From contig NIVC01001591.1 in NCBI GenBank assembly GCA_002269645.1, positions 62,001 to 126,000 of the forward strand: a stretch of DNA of 64,000 bases, read 5' to 3'. Below are positions 25,441 through 37,174 of this stretch, in pieces; positions within the stretch are counted from its first letter, which is position 1; every line of letters begins with the position of its first letter. Made by a program: the position numbers and the translations under genes. A model generated the notes under the pieces. That model had not been told where the DNA came from. It made no database searches and worked only from the letters and a program-made list of their open reading frames with translations. The DNA is from Macrostomum lignano (taxonomy: Eukaryota).

Positions 25441-26543
25441 CAGTCTTATCCGTAACTTCATCGAGATTCGGGTCAATGGGAGCTGATCCCTGTGGATTTT
25501 CCGGATCACTTGGTCTAGATCACTGAGGAATTCCGACTGAACTCCCAAAATCTCATTCAGAACATTTTCATTTGGAAAACCTGAAATTTAGGTCTACAGC
25601 AGCTGTTCCAGGTTAAATTTTTTGGAAAATCCAGCCGGAACCGCTTTCCTTTTTCCCTAACTTTTGAAGGATCACATTTTCCGGAAAAGGGGACTATTCC
25701 GGGCCAAAAATGCTGATTCGGGCCTTCACTTGGAAATCAAATAATAAATCGGGCCCGGATCACAAAATTCTGGGTGAAAAGTACAACGGGTTCTTACAGA
25801 CCGGATAACACAAAGGCATCTTGATTGAAATATTTTTCCATTATCTGGTTTGCAAACCAGATTCGCATCATGTTATCCCGCAAATTTCAGATTCACACAG
25901 GTTTCTTACAAACCAGATAACACACGGTTATCTTGATTAAAATCTTTTACTGTTATCTGTTTTTCAAACAAGATCCGACCCATGTTATCCTGTGAAATTC
26001 CGATTCAAACAAGATCAACCAAGATAACAGAGAATTATCTGGTGGCGAATCTTATCATGTAATCTGACTTCTAAGCAAGATTCGGGCCATATTATCTGGT
26101 GAAATTCAGATAACTCACCACATAACAGTCAAATCCGATAACACTAAAATTACCTGGTGACGAATCTGGTGGTTTAACCAGTTTCGAACCTCAAACAAGG
26201 AAATCGGTGTACACGAACCACATCCAATGTTTTATGTAACTTCTACAATCCTAAAATGAGCCACTACCAATGAACCATTAAATAATTTAACGATAAACAC
26301 TGCATAATTAATTACTCAATCAATGACGTGCAAATAATTACAAACAAATGCACCCACAACACGGATTAGCGTAGACAGAGTCCAGTGTATTTTTGTCTGT
26401 AGCAATATGGATGCATTTTAGATGCAAAAGAATTAAAAAGGCGAATTTATAATCACTGTCGCTGGAGATGTACAAACATACATTTCTTATTAAAATTTAA
26501 ATGGAATTTATTGATAGCCAATTAATTGAATTGTCCTTCAAAT

Positions 26544-29500
26544 CTACCAAAGCAGCCGTTTTTCCATGATCTCCACAGTGATCCGTTTGCGAAAGTACGG
26601 CATGTTGTCCTGAAATAAATCGGGCCAAGTTTTCACTTTTTTTGATCGTGCGTAATATTTGAACATTTCTACTTTAAGTAAGATGATAAGTACCTGGCTT
26701 GAAAAAGGGTTAGTGTTCGGTTAAAGATAGATAAATTAAGGTGTAGGTGAGATTAGAAATGGAAATAATAAGATGAAGAATAGATTTAGTGATGGTAGGA
26801 TTAGAGATAGATTAGAATAGAGAATGGGTGGGATGAAAGAGTAGATGAGATTAGAGATAGATGAGAATAGAGAATAGAGATATACGAGAATAGAGAATGG
26901 GTGGGGTGAGAGAATAGATGAGATTAGAGATGCACGAGATGGGAGAATGGGTGAGATTAGAGATAGATGAGAATAGAGAATAGAGATATACGAGAATAGA
27001 GAATGGGTGAGATTTGAGAATAGAGAATGGGTGGGGTGAGAGAATAGATGAGATTAGAGATTGGTGAGAATAGAGAATAGAGATATACGAGAATAGAGAA
27101 TGGGTGAGATTTGAGAATAGAGAATAGATGAGATTAGAGATAGATGAGAATAGAGAATAGAGATATACGACAATAGAGAATGGGTGAGATTTGAGAATAG
27201 AGAATGGGTGGGGTGAGAGAATAGATGAGATTAGAGATTGGTGAAAATAGAGAATGGATGAGATTAGAGATGCACGAGATGGGAGAATGGGTGAGATTAG
27301 ACAGTTGAGAAAAGACAATGGGTGAGATGAGAGTTCTAGAGGACAAGAAACAGTTTATACGAACCAATTAGACTCTTAAAAAAAACACAACCAACCTGAC
27401 TAAACGTGAAGTCCTTCTGCTTGCAGTAGTAATCAGCAAATTTGCAGGTGAACACACCACAGTCTGATCCGTTCTCTTGTTGCGGAGCGCCAGTCTCGCG
27501 GATAAGCTGATAATCAGACAGGTCGGGCAATTCAGCTCCGGATTTCTTGTCTCGATGCTCGTCTGCCAAGTACTGTCGCATCAGAGGCAAGCAGCTGGCG
27601 CCGCCGCCCATTGACAGGCTGTCAAGATAGATGATGTTGCGGCAGCGCAGGTCAACAATGCACAGAGTCCAGTGGTTGTTGTGCAGATGGACGGGACAGA
27701 GAAGGATGTCGCAGCTGAATATGTCCACCTGATGGGGGTAATTAACATTTTCTTACCTATCCGATATTATACTGATAGTTCATTGAGAATCAAATAAGCT
27801 CAGAAACCGGGAATCTCCTACTCAGACAACAGGAATCCCTGAAAAGACACCAGGAATCCCCAGCTCATATATGAAGAATTCCAAAATCAAATACAGGGAA
27901 TCCCCAACCCAGACACAAGGAATCCCTAAACTAGATTCAGGGAACCCCCAACTCAGACACAGGGAATCCCCAACCCAGTCACAGGGAATCCCCAACCCAG
28001 TCACAGGGAATCCCTAACTCAGACACAGGAAATCCCCAACCCAGTCACAGGGAATCCCCAACCCAGACACAAGGAATCCCTAAACTAGATTCAGGGAATC
28101 CCCAACCCAGTCACAGGGAATCCCCAACCCAGTCACAGGGAATCCCCAACTCAGTCACAGGGAATCCCCAACTCAGACACAGGAAATCCCCAACCCAAAC
28201 ACAGGGAATCCCCAACCCAGACACAGGGAATCCCCAACCCAAACACAGGGAATCCCCAACCCAGACACAGGGAGTCCCCAACTTAGACACAGGGAGTCCC
28301 CAACCCAAACACAGGGAATCCCCAACCCAGACACAGGGAGTCCCCAACTTAGACACAGGAAATCCCCAACCCCAACTCAGACACAGGGAATCCCCAACTT
28401 AAACACAGGAAATCCCCAACCCCAACTCAGACACAGGGAATCCCTAACCCAGACACAGGGAGTCCCCAACTCAGACACAGGGAGTCCCCAACTCAGACAC
28501 TGGGAGTCCCCAACTTAGACACAGGGAGTCCCCAACTCAGACACTGGGAATCCCCAACTCAGACACTGGGAATTACCAACTCGGACACAGGGAATCCCTA
28601 ACTCGGACACCAGGAACCCCAGACCCAGATACATGGAATCCCAACCCAGACAGGGAATCCTTAACCCAGACACAAGGAGTCCCCAACCCAGACACAGGGA
28701 ATCCCTAACTCAGACACAGGGAATCCCCAACCCAGACACAGGGAATCCCCAACCCAGACAAAGGTAATCACCAACTCAGACACAGGGAATCACCAACTCA
28801 GACACAGGGAATCCCTAACTCGGACACCAGGAACCCCAGACCCAGATACATGGAATTCCAACCCAGACAGGGAATCCTTAACCCAGACACAGGTAATCCC
28901 CAAATTAAATACAGGGAATCCCCAAATTAAATACAGGGAATCCCCAAATTAAATACAGGGAATCCCCAAATTAAATACAGGGAATCCCCAACTCAGACAC
29001 AAGGAATCCCTAACTCAGACACAGGGAATCCCCAACCCAGACACAGGGAATCCCCAACCCAGACACAGGGAATCCTTAACCCAGACACAAGGAGTCCCCA
29101 ACCCAGACACAGGGAATCCCCAAATTAAATACAGGGAATCCCCAACTCAGACACAGGGAATCCCCAACCCAGAGTCCCAGACACACGGAATCACCAACTG
29201 AGACACCGAGAATCCATAACCGGTAAGTAACTAATCATAGCAATCAATCCATACCTTCCGAGTCCACCGTCTAACAGACGCGTAGCCGCTAGACGACAGT
29301 TTAGTATAAAAGAACGTAGAGAACGCGTGCACTTTAGGCAGACCCAGCTGTTCATCAGCTGACCTGGCCGCAATCAGCTGCATATAAAAATTCACAATAT
29401 TATCATTCAGCCAGTTTAATCCGGCCAACGATCTCAGCTCTTCCCTAGTAACTCGCAGGCTAAATCCTTCGGCTAGAACTTCCGAGCTAGGCAGCTGGCG

Positions 29501-32500
29501 AGACCAGGCTCGTTCAACTAGCTGCAGCTGGGCCTCGGTTAGGTCGGGAAATTCTTCCTCTTCTTCATCAGCTGGCGGCGGCGGAGTCGGCGGCGGCTCC
29601 TCGTACTGATAGGGCAAGACTGGCAGCTCGCGTTCGGCTAGTTTGAGATTGCGAGTCACCCTGGCAACCAGGTCGCGCTCGTCCGCTTCTCGCTGCATGG
29701 TTTGATTGACGATTAGGGATTAGTGAATATCTACGTTAATCCTATGGGATTAGGATTGGATTAGGGAATAATTACATTAATCCAATGGGATTAGGATAAG
29801 GATTAAAGAATATCCACGCTAATCCAATGGGATAAGGATTGGATTAGAGAATATCTATGCTAATCCTTTCGGATTAGGATTGGATTAAAGAATATCCACG
29901 CTAATCCAATGGGATTAGGATTGGATTAGAGAATATCTATGCTAATCCTTTCGGATTAGGATTGGATTAAAGAATATCCACGCTAATCCAATGGGATTAG
30001 GATTGGATTAGAGAATATCTATGCTAATCCTTTCGGATTGGGATTGGATTAGGGGATATCGATGCTAATCCTTTCAGATTAGGATTGGATTAGAGAATAT
30101 CTATGCTAATCCTTTCGGATTAGGATTGGATTAGGGAGTATCGATGCTAATCCTTTCGGACTAGGATTGGATTAGGGAGTATCGATGCTAATCCTTTCGG
30201 ATTAGGATTGGATTAGGGAATATCTATGCTAATCCTAGGGGATTAGGATTGGATTAGAATATCTACGCTAATCCAATGGGATTAGGATAAGGATTAAAGA
30301 ATATCTACGTTTTTCCAATGGGATTGGATTAGAGATAATATACACGCTAATCCAGTGGGATTAGGATTGGATTAGAGAATATCTACACTAAACATATGTG
30401 ATTAGGATTGGATTAGATAATATTTATGTTAATCCATTCGGATTAAAATTAGATTAGAGAACTACACGATCTTTGAGTTTTACATACTGTAATACTACAG
30501 TGGTCGTTGTGCCAATAACAAGACTATAGTAGGAATAAATTGTAAATGCGCTCGTAATAAAACTCATAATAACTCACTCTTTTAGCCCAATACTGCATCT
30601 TTAAATTCTCTTCGGTCTCGACGCGTTGCATGTAGGATTTTAACGACTGAGACGAGGTCTTGCTGCAGAAGAATCAAGGGTAGCCAATATTTAATAGCAA
30701 AAAAGTACACGATGCAATTCTCAGAAACCTTTTAATTCTCTCTAAATAACAGGCTTACATATCGTTTAACCAATCAGGCGATAAATATTTGCACGGCGAG
30801 ATGATATCGGCCACTGACTTCGGCTCCTCGATTGAAGTGATGACGCAATCTTCGTCATCGTCGGCTGAGGGGCGTTTAGAGGAGGGGTGATTCTCAGGTG
30901 AGATTGAGTTCGATTCTTAGGTGAGACTGAGGGACGATTCTCAGGTGAGATTGAGTGACGATTCTCAAGTGAGATTGAGGGACGACTCTGAGGTTAGATT
31001 GAGGAACTATTCTCAGGTCTGATTGAGAGGCGATTCTCAGGTGAGATTAAGGGGCGATTCTCAGGTGAGATTGAGAGGCGATTCTCAGGTGAGATTGGGG
31101 GCGACTCTCAGGTGAGACTGAGGGTCGATTCTCAAGTGAGATTGGGGGCGACTCTCAGGTGAGATTGAGAGGCGATTCTCAAGTGAGATTGAGGGGCAAT
31201 TCTTAGGTGAGATTGGGGGCGACTCTCAGGTGAGACTGAGGGTCGATTCTCAAGTGAGATTGGGGGCGACTCTCAGGTAAGACTGAGGGTCGATTCTCAA
31301 GTGAGATTGGGGGCGACTCTCAGGTGAGACTGAGGGTCGATTCTCAAGTGAGATTGGGGGCGACTCTCAGGTAAGACTGAGGGTCGATTCTCAAGTGAGA
31401 TTGGGGGCGACTCTCAGGTAAGACTGAGGGTCGATTCTCAAGTGAGATTGGGGGCGACTCTCAGGTGAGAATGAGAGGCGATTCTCAAGTGAGATTGAGG
31501 GGCAATTCTCAGGTGAGACTGATAGGAAATTCTCAGGTGATTTTGACACAGGAGGGTTGCACTATACCAGAGTCGGCAGCAGCTGATTTCGGCAAAGTCG
31601 ATGCAGCAGCAGCTGGATGCTTTTTCTTGTTGCTTTTGTCAGATCGAGCACCCGAAGAAGCCATACCGGTAGCTACAGTTGCTAACGGAGTAGAGTGAAT
31701 GCACGGCTGCTTCTGGGACTGCTGCTGCTGTTGCGAAGTTGCCTGGGCGACGATTGAAGCAGTTGACGCAGGCGGCTGAGACTTGTCAGTAGTAGAGGCC
31801 TGATTGGCTCCGGCTGGCGAGGGAGACTGATGAGAGTTGGAAGTGGGGGTGTAACGATTGATAGATTTTATCATCAACAGATTAAAAGTAACAGACTTCT
31901 TTAAAGAAATTTGGTAAACAAGAATCTTCAAGAGAAGGATTAGCGAAAATTAAGGGGCGAATATAATTTAGCTAAGGATTAGGGGCGATTCTTATCAAGA
32001 TTGGGATTATGGCGATTGTTATTTAGCTGAGGATTAGGGGCGATTCTTATCAAGATTGGGATTAGGGCGATTGTTATTTAGCTGAGGATTAGGGGCGATT
32101 CTTATCAAGATTGGGATTAGGGCGATTCTTATCAAGATTGGGATTAGGGCAATTGTTATTTAGCTGAGGATTAGGGGCGATTCTTATCAAGATTGGGATT
32201 AGGGCAATTGTTATTTAGCTGAGGATTAGGGACGATTCTTATCAAGATTGGGATTAGGGCAATTGTTATTTAGCTGAGGATTAGGGGCGATTCTTATCAA
32301 GATTGGGATTAGGGCAATTGTTATTTAGCTGAGGATTAGGGGCGATTCTTATCAAGATTGGGATTAGGGCAATTGTTATTTAGCTGAGGATTAGGGGCGA
32401 TTCTTATCAAGATTGGGATTAGGGCAATTGTTATTTAGCTGAGGATTAGGGACGATTCTTATCAAGATTGGGATTAGGGCAATTGTTATTTAGCTGAGGA

Positions 32501-35500
32501 TTAGGGGCGATTCTTATCAAGATTGGGATTAGGGCAATTGTTATTTAGCTGAGGATTAGGGGCGATTCTTATCAAGATTGGGATTAGGGCGATTGTTATT
32601 TAGCTGAGGATTAGGGACGATTCTTATCAAGATTGGGATTAGGGCGATTCTTATCAAGATTGGGATTAGGGCAATTGTTATTTAGCTGAGGATTAGGGGC
32701 GATTCTTATCAAGATTGGGATTAGGGCGATTGTTATTTAGCTGAGGATTAGGGACGATTCTTATCAAGATTGGGATTAGGGCAATTGTTATTTAGCTGAG
32801 GATTAGGGGCGATTCTTATCAAGATTGGGATTAGGGCGATTGTTATTTAGCTGAGGATTAGGGACGATTCTTATCAAGATTGGGATTAGGGCGATTGTTA
32901 TTTAGCCGGGAATTAGGAGCAATTATTATCAAGATGGAGATTGAGAGCGATTCTTATTAAAGTGGGGATTAGGGGCGATTCTTATTAATGTGGGAATTAG
33001 GGGCGATTCTTATCAAGATGAGGATTAGGGGCGAGTCTTATCGAGGTTGGGATAAAGAGACAATATAATAGGATTAGATTTCGAAGATTTCAGGAACAGT
33101 ACAGTTACAATCTAAAATTGACAGCCTAAAATATCGCTTAAATGATAGTAATACTACTCACATTCGCTGCAGACAAGTAGGAGTCTGGCAAATTAGTTAT
33201 CTGCCCTAGTACAGATTGTACAGCGTTCAGGGCAGAATGAGAATTCTGCTGACTTCTTCTTTGGCGCTGACGATTGCCACTAGAAGCAGAAGACGCTGAA
33301 CAAGCAGCAATCGATAAATGCTGATGCCGGTTGAAGCTCTGGCCTTGGCGAAGCTGACTGTATATAGAAGAGGTATACACAAAAACAAATAGTGTTCTAA
33401 GCTGGTGTTTGGTAAAAACTATATTTGAGCACATAAAAATATACAATCACATCAAATTACCTTGGTAAAGATTGCCGACTAATTAATGATGTGTTGCCAG
33501 TGCCAGCAAATATTTCCAAAGTGTTCTTGGAGAAATTGAAATCAGCCTGCTCAATATCCTGAAAATCGACCAGATATTATGTTTAAAACAAAACATAAAA
33601 TATTTACATTGAATTGTTTTTTTTTTAAATGCTCACCAAATTCCAAGTGCCTCGATTTTCGGTGGACAGGCGATTTCTTTTGCTATATAAAAAGTAAAAT
33701 TAAAAGGTAATTATATAATCTATTGTTTTTTTCAACCTTACATCAATTATTGCTCTACTATAGTTATGTCTATGGCTATAGATATATATTATACCTATAA
33801 CAAAAAATTGTGAAAAGCACTTACAATAAAATGCTATCTAATGTAGGTTAATGAAAAAGTAAAAAAATCTGTTTGGTAATCCTCAATATATAATATATTG
33901 ACCATTTATTAATTTATCAATCTGAAAAGATATAGACCATTTATTAATATAAAATAATTGATATACTGTTATAGCAATACATTATGGCACCAGCATACTT
34001 TAGTAACTAGTATTGTCTTAACAAAACCATTATTAGCCTAAAATATTTTATACTTATATGTGAATGAAATAATGAAATATTTTTGTGATAATTGATATAT
34101 TTAGCTATGCTTTAATGGTATTGTCTACAATGTGGGATGTCAAAAGCCATACATAATTTAGACTAGTTAAAGTAAAGGTATCAATCATATAAGGAGTACT
34201 TTAGAAAATTGAAGTTTTACACAAATGGAAAAGCACTATGTAAAGTAAATAGAAGCTATAAGAAATTAGGAATATATTTTGGTCTTTATAGAAGAAAAGT
34301 TAATAATTTGTAGATGGCATCTAAAGCATATGGTTAGCAATGGTTAGCATTGTGTAATATGAGTATGCTTTTGCATTTTGAATTCATTCTATAATACTTA
34401 CTAACCTAGCAAACTTAAATGTACAGCAAAACAAGGTTTACATAATGCTAAGACATAATAAATGATTTATACTCAAATCTAAAGTGCATATCTATTTGAA
34501 TCAAGGGATAATAGCTACTACATGCCAAATTGAATGTGCATTTATAGAAAGCAAAAAGTTATTTTAGGTATATGCACACAATCAGGTTAAATAGACCAAT
34601 GTACAAGTTAGTCAGTCAACCCTAACCCCCCACATAGCTTGGGCTAGGTAGGCAATTCCCACCCTTAATCTCTAGGATTAATGGTGTACAGATGCGGTGT
34701 GATAAGCAGATAGATACCAGGGCACCTAAATGGCAGCTTCTAAGATATGCTTAGGCCTATATTTGCTTGCCATATGAAAGTTTTAAATATTTATTTTGAA
34801 ATCAAAATTCTCAAATGAAAAAAAAGGCAATGGTCTTTTTTTACTCTTTTTTTGCCTCATTAAACTTACTTCAATCTTATAAAAATATGGCTGTAATTAA
34901 AAATTTTAGCATCTCTTACTCACTAGGCCTAATTAGACCTATGTTATAGACTATAGGGTCTTTTAAGCAATTTTTTGTGCAAACAATGTTATATTTCTAA
35001 TTATAGGCCTAATTTAAATGCAATATTGACAATGCAAAATATTATAAAATAATATTTATAACTTTTTAATTTTATATTATAATAAATAAAACAAGAAATA
35101 AAAGCCACAATATTAAAATCAACAAAAAATGATAATAATAGGTATAGTTTTATATCTAGAACATTTTTTTATTTTTGCATTGAATGCAAGACAAAAATGA
35201 ATAAGACAGGCTATAACCTTATTGCAGCCAATGGCTTTATTAAAATCCTGGCTATAAAAAGGGTCTATATAAAACAAAATTGAAAAAAGAAACAATTAAA
35301 AGCAAATAAGCCTATATTTAGCTAGAATTTAACTTGAAACTTCTTTAAATATTACAAACAACTTGCCTAGAGTGTTACAAAATTGTCTTCTTATCTTTAC
35401 TTAGGTTTATGTCTGACTAGGCTAGGCCTAGACTAGATGCAATATGTAATAATGATTCATGACAAGAAAACAATATTTTTAAAAGCCAATTACAATTTAA

Positions 35501-35707
35501 TAAACTTTTATACCTGTCAATAGTGCTGCCAAGATTTTCCTCAAATGCTTTCCTCTTTCGACTTGATTCAGAGCCACTGTGATGAACAAGAACGACTTCT
35601 GAATTTCTATGTGTTAGTGTAGGCCTTTGGATAGGAGCCACCTGCTCTTGACTTGGTCTCTCAGTTTCACTTTGAGGGAAAAAGAAATTACGAATAAAGC
35701 GGAACAT
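26544..35707 (-). CDS. SENP1: Sentrin/SUMO-specific protease (Ulp1/peptidase C48), SENP1/2-like, 10 coding exons, ~606 aa
   Basis: Exons 35707-35514, 33682-33637, 33558-33461, 33357-33162, 31826-31568, 30864-30759, 30662-30578, 29692-29255, 27728-27396 and 26609-26544 sum to 1821 nt with compatible phases. Catalytic domain: LNWLNDNIVNFYM, AFSTFFYTKL, VHLHNNHWTL, YLDS, PQQENGSDCGVF, DNMPYFRKRITVEI. Confidence 0.9.
26740..27335. repeat. GA-rich compound minisatellite (GAGAATAGA / GATGAGATTAGA), last SENP intron
   Basis: Tandem units. Confidence 0.9.
27825..29220. repeat. 22-bp minisatellite GGGAATCCCCAACCCAGACACA, SENP intron 8
   Basis: About 60 variant units filling the intron. Confidence 0.95.
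29715..30460. repeat. ~44-bp minisatellite GGATTAGGATTGGATTAGAGAATATCTATGCTAATCCTTTC, SENP intron 7
   Basis: Tandem units with internal GGATTAG/CTAATCC inverted symmetry. Confidence 0.9.
30875..31545 (-). repeat. 23-24-bp minisatellite, sense unit GAATCGCCCCTCAATCTCACCTGA, SENP intron 5
   Basis: Plus strand reads TCAGGTGAGATTGAGGGGCGATTC; fills the whole intron. Confidence 0.95.
31945..33060 (-). repeat. ~55-bp dimeric minisatellite, sense GAATCGCCCCTAATCCTCAGCTAAATAACAATTGCCCTAATCCCAATCTTGATAA, SENP intron 4
   Basis: About 18 dimeric units. Confidence 0.95.
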
Positions 35708-37174
35708 TATTGTTAGAACATTGTTTTGGATTTATTCGGAGAAGTATGAAAGCATAAGTTATAAAAGCTTTCTGTTTACTACTGTCAATATATCTGTATT
35801 ATCTAGTCTCTCTCAACCTCTCAACTTAAATTCAATATAAAGAAGTCAGCAGACAGTGATTTTGTCCGTCTGTTCAAATAAAAATGATGAGCATTAATAA
35901 GCCCTAAAAGAATGCGAAAAGAGTATGGTAAAATAAGTATATTAAGATGAGAAATATGATTCAAAATTCACAATTCTGACGGTATAGCTCCGAGAAAATC
36001 TTCTCCACCCCCACCTCAATTTATTACCGATTGGCAAATTTTTCTTAGAACTTTTAGATTCTTAGAAAATTTTTATTTAATTATAATAGACAGCTTGCTA
36101 AGAAGTTTTTTTAGTTTATTTAAATAATTAAATTGACTCATCTAAAACATTTAAGTTATTGAAAACTTACTTCTACTTAGTTTTTTTGTTTTACTGCTAA
36201 AAATTAACATAAAAACGCAGAAATACAAATGAGATTCTTTCTACGAATGCATGGAATAATTACTTCCTGTTCTGCTTCTAAATGCTGCTGAAGCTGAGTT
36301 TTCTCAGCGTTGCAATATTACACTGCCATGCTACGTCTGCCTTCATAATATATATTCTGTATGTAGTTTTGTTCTTTCTTCTTTTTTGCTACTTCGATTT
36401 CGATTTCGACAGAGACTTCGACAACCGACAAATAGATCTATCTTGATGAACCGGCCGCCTAGCCTGAAAAATGTTTAAAGATCACCATACCAGTTTTGAA
36501 AAACCTTTTTTTCATTAGCTTTTATGTATAAGGTTGTTTAAAAACTGCGATTTTTCAAGTCTTCTCTGTTCCACTTGCTATATTTGATAACATTATGTAT
36601 CGATTAACTGTGGCTAAGATCCTTGTTGATTATCGTATTCACAGCACACTGTGTTTAGGGAAAATTTGCCTGTTGTTTTTATCTAAGAATAAAATATTCA
36701 GCGGGATAGGCTTCAACAACTTCCCACTGTATCCGGATGCCCAGACCAGAGTCCACCTGTTGTTAGAAAAGTTATACAAATGTATGTTTTTTATAGCTAT
36801 GTGGTATAATTTAACTTGCATTTGTAAATTATTAGACTTTTAAAAGCCATTTTACTTTTACTAATTTTACTTTAACAGTTATTTTTAACAGTTTTATTTC
36901 ATCTAAAACATTGCCTAACATCAAGCCACTTTTTAAGAACAAAATACTCGACTTAGCTTTAAAGGTTAGGTTTAAATGCTTCAATTGCTTTTCCATAATA
37001 GCTACTTAATATTGTATTGATTCTATACGTTATTTATTTTGAAGTAGGGACACAAATATAATAGTTATTTTTGGCATAAATATTTTCCATTTAATAACAA
37101 TTGCTAGTATGAATAGCATATCATAAAAGCTCTAAAATATTCTAAAGAGAATTAGGTGTCTATACTTTTATCGC

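Noticed and set aside
36595-36843. Short ORFs in the SENP-Myo1 spacer
   Set aside because: No recognisable domain and no consistent exon chain.
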